64,000 nt of DNA. Source: a bacterium. Lineage in GTDB: Bacteria > Fidelibacterota > Marinisomatia > Marinisomatales > UBA1611. A program made the translations under genes and the position numbers. The notes under the pieces were generated by a model. That model was not told the origin of the DNA. It saw nothing but the letters and a program-made list of their open reading frames with translations, and made no database searches. Positions 48,891 through 58,891 of this stretch are shown in pieces (the first letter of the stretch is position 1; every line of letters starts with the position of its first letter). The stretch is from positions 47,959 through 111,958 of the forward strand of contig SGYO01000002.1 of assembly GCA_004321745.1 (NCBI GenBank), given 5' to 3'.

Positions 48891-49967
48891 ATGAACAGAA
48901 GACTAAAAGCATATAAAATTATCAGTAAGACATTCGGAGTTTGGCTGTCTACCATTTTTACTGGTTTATTGCTCACTTTGATGAAATTTCTTGTTTCATT
49001 TTTTTTATTTATGGACAAAATATTTATTAATGTTCCAAACAATTCAATTTTTAAAAAGCCAATAATAATCGTTGGAAATCCAAGGTCTGGCACCACTTTT
49101 TTGCAAAGGTATTTGATCAATAATGGACTAGGTACTGGGTCTCAGCTGTGGCAATTGATTTATCCCTCTATTTTACTACAAAAAATAATAAAACCATTTT
49201 TACCTCTGTTAGAAAAAATAAGTCCTGCTAGACACCATTCAACTGAAGCACATAAAACAAGCCTGACTTCTGTTGAGACTGATGATGTTAGTCTTTTATT
49301 TAGGCATTTTGATGGTTTTTTTTTGTATGGGTTTATTTTTGCTTTTGACGAGGAAGATTTATTTGAATTTTTTGACCCAATGTTTCGAGACACAAACGTT
49401 AGAGATTTTGAATGGTTTGAAAACATTTGGAAAAACAACTCATATGAACATAACGCCCCATATATTGGAAAGCTATTCTCGCTAAGTGCTAAACTGCCTG
49501 CATTTCAAAAAAAATTTCCTGATTCTAAAGTACTGTATATGATTAGAGACCCAATAGATGTTATACCTTCAGGATTAAGCTTAGTTACTGGAGTTCTTGA
49601 CAAAAGGTTTGGCTTTTGGAACTTGGAAAAAAATATTCAATCTAGATATATAAAAAGACTTTACAATGCGCTTGTGACTTTATTAATTCGTTTTCATCAT
49701 GATTGGGTCAATGACAATATTGATAAATCAAAAGTTTTGATTATTAAGTATGATAAAATGATGTCCAATTTTGAAATAATAATGAATGATATTTTTTCAT
49801 TTCTAGATCACAATCCATCAAAAAAATTAATCAATGACATACAAAAGACTGCTGAAAAGCAAAAGATTTATAAGAGCAAGCACAAGTATGATCTTAAGAA
49901 ATTTGGACTCTCAGAGAAAAAAATTAAAAAAGATTGTCTTCCAATTTATGAGACATTTTTAACATAA
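48891..49967 (+). CDS. Membrane-anchored PAPS-dependent sulfotransferase family protein
   Basis: 358 aa with N-terminal TM segments. The 5'-PSB loop is VGNPRSGTTFLQRYL and the 3'-PB motif is MIRDPIDVIPS. Confidence 0.75.
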   Translation: MNRRLKAYKIISKTFGVWLSTIFTGLLLTLMKFLVSFFLFMDKIFINVPNNSIFKKPIIIVGNPRSGTTFLQRYLINNGLGTGSQLWQLIYPSILLQKIIKPFLPLLEKISPARHHSTEAHKTSLTSVETDDVSLLFRHFDGFFLYGFIFAFDEEDLFEFFDPMFRDTNVRDFEWFENIWKNNSYEHNAPYIGKLFSLSAKLPAFQKKFPDSKVLYMIRDPIDVIPSGLSLVTGVLDKRFGFWNLEKNIQSRYIKRLYNALVTLLIRFHHDWVNDNIDKSKVLIIKYDKMMSNFEIIMNDIFSFLDHNPSKKLINDIQKTAEKQKIYKSKHKYDLKKFGLSEKKIKKDCLPIYETFLT

Positions 49968-50578
49968 TGACCGTATATAGAGCAAAGTTTTTTATAATAA
50001 TATTTTTTCTATCAAACTTCATTATTTGTCAGAATGAAAAGTATATGAGTAATTATGAAAATCTTAATGAATGGGAAACAATTCAAGAAACCGATGTTAA
50101 TTTAAAATGGACTAACCAAAATGGTTTTCCTATTGTAAAAGCTACAGCAAAGATGCCATTTCCTATAGATTCAATTTCTAAAATAATCGAAGATGTTAAA
50201 AACTATCCTAATGTGTTTAGAAGAGTTCATGAAGTTCAAATTCTTGATAAAAACATCATCCATATAATGATTGATATGCCATTTTTACTTTCTGATCGCG
50301 ATTATGTAATTCAATATTCTAAAAATAAATCAAAAACCACATGGAAGTTCTCATTCAATGCTATAGATCATGGAAGTGCTCCTGCCACAGAAAAATATGT
50401 TAGATTAATAAATGCATTTGGTAAATGGGAATTAAGTCCAACAAATGAAAATGAAACATTGCTAGTTTATACATGGAATGGAGAACTTTTAGGAGATTTT
50501 CCTGAATTTGCTTTAAAAAGAGCATGGAAGACACAAGGGAATGAAATAATACACTGGATTAAAGATGAGCTTAAATAA
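49967..50578 (+). CDS. Exported START/SRPBCC-like lipid-binding protein
   Basis: 203 aa with a signal peptide. The START-like pattern includes W..i....v.l, PFLLSDRDYVIQY, GKWEL and GDFPEFALKRAW. It has a TAATG overlap with the sulfotransferase gene. Confidence 0.55.
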   Translation: MTVYRAKFFIIIFFLSNFIICQNEKYMSNYENLNEWETIQETDVNLKWTNQNGFPIVKATAKMPFPIDSISKIIEDVKNYPNVFRRVHEVQILDKNIIHIMIDMPFLLSDRDYVIQYSKNKSKTTWKFSFNAIDHGSAPATEKYVRLINAFGKWELSPTNENETLLVYTWNGELLGDFPEFALKRAWKTQGNEIIHWIKDELK

Positions 50579-52004
50579 AATAATAATGTTAATCCTTTTA
50601 TTAAGTATCGCACATAGTCAATCTAAAAATGCATTTAACGGTTTTCTAGATTTTAATTATATATCACGAATCTCAGATGGATCAATAATTAATCTACCCT
50701 ATAGATTATTTAGTTTAAGGATTGACCATGAAAATGAAGATATTTTGATAAAATCAAACTTGGTCATTGAACATAAAATAAGGGAAGAAACCCATTTTTT
50801 ATCTAATGAATCTCCATCAGATTTTAATCTTGATTTAAGAGAACTTTATTTGCAATTATTTACTTCATGGGGGGAATTAAAAATTGGAAAAATCATTCAT
50901 ACCTGGGGTAATGTCGATGAAAATAGTCCTGTTGATATTGTTAGTCCATATGACTACTATTTTACTTTTGATTCAGGAATTGATAAAAAAATGGGGATTT
51001 TCTCATCTGCTATAGATATTTATGCTATTAATTATAAGCTTGGGTTTACTTTTTCTCCCATTCACAATACTCATAGGACCCCTCTAGAAAAAGATGATTT
51101 TCCAATAAAACTGCCAACATATCCTTATGAAAATGAATTTATGAAAATTAGTGGGAGCCCTATAGAATATGGTTTTTATGGCTTGAAGACACTAAGCAAA
51201 GGAGATATCTCTATTCATTATTTTAATGGATATGATCGACTGTTTAATCTGTCAGGTGTGAATGTATATGCGAATGGCCCTGATAAAAGTTTTTCAATCA
51301 TAGATATAATATATAGTTACAGAAAAACAAAAATGCTTGGAGTAGGTACTAATCTTTTTGTCGGCAATGCAACATTTAGAGGAGATGCCGCATTTTTTAA
51401 CACATCAGATGTGAATGGCGAAGATAAATTTCTTGAGAGAAAAAGCTCTTATCTGCCAACAATATATGACTCATTACATTATTCTTACCCTTTAAAAGAG
51501 GAAGTAAATTATTTCCAAGCAACATTACAGTTTGACATCGAATTACCCTTTGATATTCAATTTACAGGTCAATTTTTTACTTATGATACCTTAGATTATA
51601 AATCTGACAGTCTACCCCTTGATGAGGACATATCCATTCCAAACTTAGAAATCACAGCTGATGAATTGAACCCAAAAAATATTTTTACACCAGGATATGG
51701 GTCATCGATTGGAATTTTAACAAAAAAAGCAGCAATTATATCACTCCAAAAAAGCTTTTTAAATGATCAACTGAATTTTAAACTATCATCGCTCTTAGAT
51801 ATTGATAATAAGAACTATCACAATTCTATACCAGGAATTATACTCTCCCTAGAAACATCATACAGATTAAATGACAACCTTATTATTGACATTGGTTATA
51901 CAAAAATAACAGGAGATAGTAATCATCCTCTAGGCGAGGATTATCGATTAAATATTATGGAAGATTTTTCACATTTCCGTACAAATTTAAAATATAACTT
52001 TTAG
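50565..52004 (+). CDS. Outer-membrane beta-barrel protein (DUF1302-like, tentative)
   Basis: 479 aa with a signal peptide. It shows alternating beta-strand patterning, LRELYLQLFTSWGELKIGKIIHTWGNVDE and a C-terminal ...NLKYNF aromatic terminus. Confidence 0.5.
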   Translation: MSLNKIIMLILLLSIAHSQSKNAFNGFLDFNYISRISDGSIINLPYRLFSLRIDHENEDILIKSNLVIEHKIREETHFLSNESPSDFNLDLRELYLQLFTSWGELKIGKIIHTWGNVDENSPVDIVSPYDYYFTFDSGIDKKMGIFSSAIDIYAINYKLGFTFSPIHNTHRTPLEKDDFPIKLPTYPYENEFMKISGSPIEYGFYGLKTLSKGDISIHYFNGYDRLFNLSGVNVYANGPDKSFSIIDIIYSYRKTKMLGVGTNLFVGNATFRGDAAFFNTSDVNGEDKFLERKSSYLPTIYDSLHYSYPLKEEVNYFQATLQFDIELPFDIQFTGQFFTYDTLDYKSDSLPLDEDISIPNLEITADELNPKNIFTPGYGSSIGILTKKAAIISLQKSFLNDQLNFKLSSLLDIDNKNYHNSIPGIILSLETSYRLNDNLIIDIGYTKITGDSNHPLGEDYRLNIMEDFSHFRTNLKYNF

Positions 52005-52017
52005 TGGATATTATGAA

Positions 52018-52980
52018 ATGAGTATTCAAATAATAGGATCTGGATTTTATTTACCCCCATACATTGAAAACTCAAAAACTACTGGTCGAATCATTCGTAA
52101 AAATGAAGATTGGATCATTTCAAAAACTGGAGTAAAAGAAAGAAGAATTTCAAAAATCGACGTTGATAAGATGGGTGCAATAGCTGCCGAAAAAGCTTTA
52201 AATGGTAATGGCTCTCCTGATTTAATTATCAATGCCTCAGGAGTACCAAAGCAAACAATACCTGATACATCCGTCTTTTTTCAAAAAGAGCTTGGTCTAA
52301 AATCGATCCCCTGTTTCAGTATTCATGGTACATGCTTATCATTTCTAATAGCATTAAACAATGCAAGATCACTAATTAACACAAACGTATATGAAAGAAT
52401 TTTGATTATCTCATCAGATCGAGGAAGTTTAGGTAGAAACCCCAAAGAACCTGAAAGTGCTGCACTATTAGGAGATGCTGCAGCAGCAATACTTGTTGAA
52501 AAAGGAAAATCAGATTCAAATAATTTTCATTACTGGAAAATGAATACGTGGTCTAATGATGCTGCATTGACTGAAGTTAGAGGTGGCGGTACATTCAAGC
52601 ATCCACTCGACCCGAACACAAAAATTGAAGATAATTTGTTTACGATGGATGGACCAGCAGTATATAAATCCGCGAGAAAAAAGGCCTATAGAATGGTTTT
52701 AGAAACATTTAAGAACACCAAATTCAATAAAGAAGATATCGATTGGCTAATTCCACATCAAGCTTCCCTTAAAGCAATAAATGCATATAGTGAATATGGA
52801 AATTTTGATATGAATAAAATTATAAATATAGTGCCGACAACTGGAAATTGCGTAGCCGCTTCAATGCCTTTAGCATTAGCTACAGCAATACATGATGGAA
52901 GAATTCAAAGAGGAGACCTGTTATACTTTATTGGCACTGGAGCAGGTCTATCAATGGCTTGCGCTTTACTAACCTACTAG
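52018..52980 (+). CDS. KAS III (FabH)-like condensing enzyme
   Basis: 320 aa. The N-terminus IIGSGFYLPP...DWIISKTGVKERRI is FabH-like. Triad positions are Cys (HGTCLSF), His (IPHQAS) and Asn (TGNCVAASMP). Confidence 0.75.
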   Translation: MSIQIIGSGFYLPPYIENSKTTGRIIRKNEDWIISKTGVKERRISKIDVDKMGAIAAEKALNGNGSPDLIINASGVPKQTIPDTSVFFQKELGLKSIPCFSIHGTCLSFLIALNNARSLINTNVYERILIISSDRGSLGRNPKEPESAALLGDAAAAILVEKGKSDSNNFHYWKMNTWSNDAALTEVRGGGTFKHPLDPNTKIEDNLFTMDGPAVYKSARKKAYRMVLETFKNTKFNKEDIDWLIPHQASLKAINAYSEYGNFDMNKIINIVPTTGNCVAASMPLALATAIHDGRIQRGDLLYFIGTGAGLSMACALLTY

Positions 52981-52982
52981 TA

Positions 52983-54050
52983 TTATTTTATTAAAATAAC
53001 TTTTTTTACAAATGTCTTTTTTGTGGTATTTATTTTCATTAAATAAATGCCGTTGCTGTAATCACCTGCATCCCAATTAAAAGTGTGTTCACCTGCATCT
53101 AATTTTTGGCCATTTAATATTTGAATCAAGCTACCTTTTAAATCATAAATTAAAATATCCACCATCCCCCTTTTTTTTAAATCTATTCTAATACTTGTTT
53201 TAGGATTAAATGGGTTAGGGTAAGGATTTTCGATTTTAATTTCATATGGAATGTTGCTATGATCATTGATATTTGCAAAATCACACTCTTGTGGAGAATC
53301 AATTTGAAAAGAATAATAAAATTGATCGAGACTAATATTAAAGTTCTCGCTATTGGAAATGCATTCTGGAATATTTTCGCATAAACTATTACCCCCAATA
53401 GCAAAAAAAGGGAACCATGCACTATCATCACTGCTCCAATCAATATTCATATCACACATGCACTCCGGCAGCGAAGACAAATTATTATTAAATAGCCATA
53501 GATACTGTAATTCTGCCAAGGAGCAAATTGAGATTGGTAATTGATTAATCTTATTATAGCCTAGATCTAGATATTTAAGGTTAGATAAACTATCTAAATT
53601 TTCAATTACACCCTCTAAAATATTATTTGATATATATAATGATCTGAGCTCTTTTAAATTTTCAAAACTTGATGGCAATGATGATATCCTATTCCATTCT
53701 AAGTATAAGCCGCTTAAACCTGTCCAGTTCCCAATCGACTCTGGTAAACTAAAAATTGTGTCATTAACACCAGAACTATTGCCATAATTTCCAGCTACTA
53801 AAATCTTTAATCGTCCATTGAACCATGATTGCGTTCCTATTCCAAAAGCGTTATCATAATCTAAATTATTAATACTAATTAAATCAGATAAGCCCTCTAA
53901 ATCATCATTGTAAAAACAACTATCACCCAGTAGGATATTAATATTATTTGAAAGGGTGTTATTATATGTAAACCCCTCTTCACACTGGCAAATCAAGTTT
54001 TCACATATGAGCGAGAATAGAACTAAAATGTATTGAAAAGACCTATTCAT
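52983..54050 (-). CDS. Leucine-rich-repeat surface protein with T9SS C-terminal sorting domain
   Basis: 355 aa with a signal peptide. LRRs include LSGLYLEWNRISSLPSSFENLKELRSLYISNN and LKYLDLGYNKINQLP. The tail is YPNPFNPKTSI...GIYLMKINT...KKVILIK. Confidence 0.75.
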   Translation of the reverse strand: MNRSFQYILVLFSLICENLICQCEEGFTYNNTLSNNINILLGDSCFYNDDLEGLSDLISINNLDYDNAFGIGTQSWFNGRLKILVAGNYGNSSGVNDTIFSLPESIGNWTGLSGLYLEWNRISSLPSSFENLKELRSLYISNNILEGVIENLDSLSNLKYLDLGYNKINQLPISICSLAELQYLWLFNNNLSSLPECMCDMNIDWSSDDSAWFPFFAIGGNSLCENIPECISNSENFNISLDQFYYSFQIDSPQECDFANINDHSNIPYEIKIENPYPNPFNPKTSIRIDLKKRGMVDILIYDLKGSLIQILNGQKLDAGEHTFNWDAGDYSNGIYLMKINTTKKTFVKKVILIK

Positions 54051-54051
54051 T

Positions 54052-56127
54052 TCATTTAATAAACATAATTTTCTTTATTTGATTGTTAAATGGTTTATTT
54101 AACTTCAAAAAATAAATACCAGAGGAAAAACCCGCGCCATCCCAATTAGAGTAAAAAGTCTCTGAAAGATCATTTAAAGGGATACTATGAATTATTTTAC
54201 CACTTATGTCGTATATATCAATTTTTAAACCAACTTCATAAATATCTTTGACACCAATTTTTATATTTGAGTTGAATGGGTTTGGAAATGGTTCTAATAA
54301 AGTTGCCTCAATAGATTTGTTTGGCAGTTCATGAGCTGTTGATAAAGAATTTAATTTTAGATCAAAACTATACGTTCTAGCTAGGGATACTTTTTTTGAA
54401 GGGATTATTAATAAATCAAAACTACTATTAATTGCAGAATTACTAGTTATACCATTAAAAGTAATAGTTCCCGCAGACCCTGGCTCTATTTCTATGGAAC
54501 CACTAAAATCTTCGAACCAATCTAATTGCTCTATAAACTGATAATTAAAGGTTTCAGTTATTGATCCCTCATTTTTTAATGTAAATGAAATTTCAGCATT
54601 TCCCAATGGGAGATTTACAGCTGGCTGAGACTCATAGCCTTCAACATTGTTTTCCGAAAGTTCATCAACTATTAGGCTAAATGCGATTGGATATAAACTA
54701 GGTATTCGGTTAGCACGGTAAACTGCGCAAATTGGCTCACATAAATTATAATTCCCTCTCCAAACCTCCTCACCAATGTTTGTAACCTCTAATGAAGTAC
54801 CATTTCCTCCAACTGTTGTAATTAAATAATTTCCATTATCAAGTTTTTGAGCATTCCCTGAAGCAAAACCAAAAAGTTCCTCAGGTAGAGAGTATTCCCA
54901 CACTATTTGAGCTTGATTATTATTTAAACTAATCTCCAATACTCTCGAAGTCGGATATTCAGTACCTAAAAAACTTTCACTTAAATTACCATTATCAAAT
55001 GTTACAATATTTCCATTATCTAGTATTTGAAGTCCATGCTGAAAACTAAATCCAATATCATTACCCATAGAAACATCCCCTGATGGCATATCTCTGCCCA
55101 TGTTCCAAATTATATCACCACTGGGATAAGATATTTTTGTTATTCTAGATAAATGTCTAGTTGATATATATAAAGCACTTTCTTGCTCAGAAAAAATTAA
55201 AGCATTGACATGCGTCCAATCGTATTTTTGAAAACCAGTAGATGAGGATAACCACGTACCTCCAAGTTCGTCAAAATCGTCCATTGAAAAATGATCAAAT
55301 ACGCTCCATGTCCAAACTATTTCTTTTGTATCTTTATCCCATTCTATTAATTTATCCCCTACCCAAGGAAATTCAACAGTAATTCCGTTAGCAGTAAATC
55401 CAAAGTCTTGATAATCACCGGTCCAAGGACCGATAGGAATCGGACCCAACTGAGATGTTTCAACTATGCCTATATAATTACCATTCGGAAGTTTAATTAG
55501 GTCATGATGGAGGAACTGATCATTTGGCTCCTCCCAAACAAAATTGGTGTTTAGACTAAATTCTATCCCAGGAAGATTGTGTTCTAATGAATTGTCAGAA
55601 TAACATCCTAAAAGATCTAGGGCATCATTTGTATTATAATAAACAATGTTATTTTCGCCTGTGTTCCAAATTTCTCTACCATTAAAGTCGATCATAGCAC
55701 TATAGTAGTTATAAAATGAACTAAAAATAGTAATACCATGGTTTATATTATTTTCATCATAAATAATTGCAGTCGCATTCGAACGTTTTGAACCAGTTGA
55801 GAAGCTGAATGAATCGATCCAATCACTAAAGAACGGAGAATCATAGTTCGGACGCACTCTCCAATAATAATTTGAATCCCAATCTATACTTTCTTCTTCT
55901 ATAAAGACTAACGAGGTGACAGTAGCAACTTTGATGATTTCATCAAACTGAGAATCATAAGCTATCTCTACATTATAACTACTTGCTCCGGGTACTTGAT
56001 CCCATTCAAAAAGAACATGAATATAGTTAAGCTCGCTGTTGTTAGGAGGATTAATTAAGCCCGCAGTTAATGTCGTAAAAAATAAAGTATGAATGAAAAA
56101 AAGATAAAAAGTGCAATACCTAATCAT
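54052..56127 (-). CDS. Exported ASST-like beta-propeller protein with T9SS C-terminal sorting domain
   Basis: I prefer ATG 56127 (MIRYCTFYLFF...), 4 nt after the sat/cysC stop; the track start is 56151. ASST-like motifs are FLHHDLIKLPNGN and DWTHVNALIF...ISTRHLSRITKI. The tail is FPNPFNSNIKI...GIYFLKLN...KKIMFIK. Confidence 0.65.
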   Translation of the reverse strand: MIRYCTFYLFFIHTLFFTTLTAGLINPPNNSELNYIHVLFEWDQVPGASSYNVEIAYDSQFDEIIKVATVTSLVFIEEESIDWDSNYYWRVRPNYDSPFFSDWIDSFSFSTGSKRSNATAIIYDENNINHGITIFSSFYNYYSAMIDFNGREIWNTGENNIVYYNTNDALDLLGCYSDNSLEHNLPGIEFSLNTNFVWEEPNDQFLHHDLIKLPNGNYIGIVETSQLGPIPIGPWTGDYQDFGFTANGITVEFPWVGDKLIEWDKDTKEIVWTWSVFDHFSMDDFDELGGTWLSSSTGFQKYDWTHVNALIFSEQESALYISTRHLSRITKISYPSGDIIWNMGRDMPSGDVSMGNDIGFSFQHGLQILDNGNIVTFDNGNLSESFLGTEYPTSRVLEISLNNNQAQIVWEYSLPEELFGFASGNAQKLDNGNYLITTVGGNGTSLEVTNIGEEVWRGNYNLCEPICAVYRANRIPSLYPIAFSLIVDELSENNVEGYESQPAVNLPLGNAEISFTLKNEGSITETFNYQFIEQLDWFEDFSGSIEIEPGSAGTITFNGITSNSAINSSFDLLIIPSKKVSLARTYSFDLKLNSLSTAHELPNKSIEATLLEPFPNPFNSNIKIGVKDIYEVGLKIDIYDISGKIIHSIPLNDLSETFYSNWDGAGFSSGIYFLKLNKPFNNQIKKIMFIK

Positions 56128-56131
56128 CAAT

Positions 56132-57787
56132 TCATTCAGAAATAAAACCACGTTCTTCTATATAGTTATAAATTTTTTCTACAAGTTTTTCAGGCTCAAC
56201 TCCACTAGAATCAATTTTCAACTCAGCTTTTATTGGGTCTTCATAAGGGTCAGAAATTCCAGTAAACTCTTTTAATTTCCCTTCCCTAGCTAACTTGTAT
56301 AAACCTTTTACATCTCTTTCTTCACATTTTTCTAACGAAGTTGCAACATGTACCTCAATGTATCCACCCAGTTTAGAAATCAATTTCCTATTATAATTTC
56401 TATCGCTTTCATATGGAGCAATTGGAGCGCAAATAGCAATACCTCCATTTTTTGTTATCTCACTGGCAACATAACCTATACGTTTAACATTTATAGATCT
56501 ATGTTCCTTTGAAAATCCTAATTCGCTTGATAAATGTGTTCTAATGATATCGCCATCTAATAAAGTAACAGGCCTACTACCTTTTTCAAGAAGCTTTACT
56601 AAAAGCCCATTGGCTAAAGTAGATTTACCAGAGCCAGACAAACCCGTAAAGAAGACTGTAAATCCTCTTTTTGAGACTGGAGGACGAGATTTTTGGAGTT
56701 CATTTGCGACCTCACTATAGGTAAACCAACTTGGTATATCTTTGCCTTTATCAAGCAAATCTCTCAGCTCTGTACCAGAAACAGTTTTATAATTAGTATC
56801 CTTCGCAATTTCATCAATTGGGATATAACGATTCTCATCAGGTAAATATACTAAAAATTTAAAGGGAACCATTTTTATACCAATTTCTTGCTCATACTGA
56901 CTAAGTATTTCTTGAGCGGCATAAGGGCCATAAAATGGTTTGCCGTTGCTATCAAGCCCAGGGCCAGCATGATCTCTACCAACAATGAAATGAGAACATC
57001 CATAATTTTTTCTAACAATGGCATGCCATAGAGCTTCTCGAGGGCCTGCCATGCGCATAGCTAGGGGAATTAAACTTAAAAAAGCTTTATCATTTGGGTA
57101 TTTGCTTAAAACGTGCTTGTAACATCTTACTCTAGTATAATGATCAACATCTCCAGGTTTAGTCATCCCTACTACAGGATGAATTAAAAGGTTTGCATCT
57201 AACTCATCAATCGCCCTAAGCGTCATCTCAACATGAGCTTTGTGTAGAGGATTACGTGTTTGAAAAGCTACAATATTTGACCATCCCAATTCTTTGAATT
57301 TTTTCTTTAGCGATTTAGGGTCATGACGAATTTCTTTATAATCATAATGATTTGGTTTGCTTACGGCTCTTATTTTGCCTCCAACATAAATTGGATTGCT
57401 TTGATTCAATAGGTAATCTACCCCTGGATGAGTATTATCAGTGGTCCCATAAACTAACATACATTCTTTTTTTAGATCAGGGCCCCAAATATCTTCAATA
57501 TCAATTATAGCAATCGAGAAACCTTCCCTATCTTTCAAAGTTAATTTATCACCAGGATTTATTTTTCTTGAAAACTCCTTATTGACATCTAAGTTAATCG
57601 GAATCGGCCAAAGGCTACCATTTTTTAGGCGCATACTTAATAATACACTTTCGTAATCATCTTTATTGAGAAAACAATTTAAAGGCGCAAAACCTCCATT
57701 AAGAATCATCTCTAAATCACATATCTGACGCTCATTCAGCACCCAGGATTTATAATTCAATGATTCATTTTTTAATTCAATATTCAC
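56132..57787 (-). CDS. sat: Bifunctional sulfate adenylyltransferase / adenylylsulfate kinase (PAPS synthase, Sat-CysC fusion)
   Basis: 551 aa with a GTG start. The ATP sulfurylase part has QTRNPLHKAH and VGRDHAG motifs. The C-terminal APS kinase part has the P-loop FTGLSGSGKSTLA. Confidence 0.9.
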   Translation of the reverse strand: MNIELKNESLNYKSWVLNERQICDLEMILNGGFAPLNCFLNKDDYESVLLSMRLKNGSLWPIPINLDVNKEFSRKINPGDKLTLKDREGFSIAIIDIEDIWGPDLKKECMLVYGTTDNTHPGVDYLLNQSNPIYVGGKIRAVSKPNHYDYKEIRHDPKSLKKKFKELGWSNIVAFQTRNPLHKAHVEMTLRAIDELDANLLIHPVVGMTKPGDVDHYTRVRCYKHVLSKYPNDKAFLSLIPLAMRMAGPREALWHAIVRKNYGCSHFIVGRDHAGPGLDSNGKPFYGPYAAQEILSQYEQEIGIKMVPFKFLVYLPDENRYIPIDEIAKDTNYKTVSGTELRDLLDKGKDIPSWFTYSEVANELQKSRPPVSKRGFTVFFTGLSGSGKSTLANGLLVKLLEKGSRPVTLLDGDIIRTHLSSELGFSKEHRSINVKRIGYVASEITKNGGIAICAPIAPYESDRNYNRKLISKLGGYIEVHVATSLEKCEERDVKGLYKLAREGKLKEFTGISDPYEDPIKAELKIDSSGVEPEKLVEKIYNYIEERGFISE

Positions 57788-57804
57788 TAGATACCTTTTA
57801 CTTA

Positions 57805-58584
57805 CTATTGAGCAGCTATTAAAAATGATTCCGAAAAAACAGCATCATCTAAATCAACATCTGGTTTAAAAGCTTGAACGTTCATAATGGTATAATTCCC
57901 ATTTGGTCTTTTCATCTCTAATAATTTAGGAATCCAATATTTTCCACTTTTTACAATATCTTTAAAAAATAATGTTTTCTCTAATATTAAATTTTCTGAA
58001 AAGTATTCTACTTTGCGAACACGAAATATTTTTGTATCTACAAATATTTTTTTACTTTTATAACTACTATCTTTTACTGGTGTAGATAAAATTATTGCAC
58101 AACTATTCCCATTAATTATTTCTTGACCCTCATATTGGAAAATATCATCATTAATGTTTCTGTTTTCTAGATCCTCATATATGAAATCAGTGGACATAAA
58201 TGATTTTGATTTTTCTTTGGATTTTACTTTTTTTGCCATTTTTAATTTTGGAAGAAAAAACCATTGATCGGAGGATCCATCTTCTTTCGTCCAACTTAGC
58301 AAACCCGTACCTTTCACAGATTTTGGTTCTAAAAATTTGACCAAGGACTTTTGAAAATATTCATTATTCTTATAACGTTTTTCATATCTAATGAAAGCTC
58401 TAGATTTTCTTTTTTCCTTATTAGCTCTTTTTCGAACTATTTCTAGTTTTACTTCCGAAATTGAAGTTGCAGGATTAGGTTGACTAATAACCTTTTCCAT
58501 GATCTTTTTTGCTTTAAAATCATCATCATTTGCGATCAAAAAACTAAAAAGGATTAGAAGATAAAATGATTTATGGGCCATCAT
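57805..58584 (-). CDS. Outer-membrane lipoprotein-sorting (LolA-like) protein, copy 2
   Basis: 259 aa with a signal peptide. WFFLPKLKMAKKVKSKEKSKSFMSTDFIYEDL is the same signature as copy 1. Confidence 0.65.
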   Translation of the reverse strand: MMAHKSFYLLILFSFLIANDDDFKAKKIMEKVISQPNPATSISEVKLEIVRKRANKEKRKSRAFIRYEKRYKNNEYFQKSLVKFLEPKSVKGTGLLSWTKEDGSSDQWFFLPKLKMAKKVKSKEKSKSFMSTDFIYEDLENRNINDDIFQYEGQEIINGNSCAIILSTPVKDSSYKSKKIFVDTKIFRVRKVEYFSENLILEKTLFFKDIVKSGKYWIPKLLEMKRPNGNYTIMNVQAFKPDVDLDDAVFSESFLIAAQ

Positions 58585-58891
58585 TTTTTTCTTCTTTAAT
58601 AAAGAGTAAACCTATCGGTGTAAAAATCAAACTAATTAAAGCCACCACAAGATAATCTTGACGCTGTTTAAACTCTGATATTCCAGCTAATTGTAAACAT
58701 GAAAAGACATATATTATCAAAATAAGATCTGTGTTACTTCTCCCCCATAAAACTAGGGTTCTTAGATTAAAATCTTTAATGCTAGCAGAACCATCTATAT
58801 CCACATAATAATTATAGATCCATAATATTAATAATATTAAAGTTACACACAACATTATTAAACTGACTAGTTTATCATTTGAGTTTTTCAT
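58571..58891 (-). CDS. Small 3-TM membrane protein, hypothetical (MMPL accessory?)
   Basis: 106 aa. It starts immediately after the MMPL stop and overlaps the LolA-like gene by 14 nt. It has no counterpart in the copy-1 module. Confidence 0.4.
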   Translation of the reverse strand: MKNSNDKLVSLIMLCVTLILLILWIYNYYVDIDGSASIKDFNLRTLVLWGRSNTDLILIIYVFSCLQLAGISEFKQRQDYLVVALISLIFTPIGLLFIKEEKNDGP

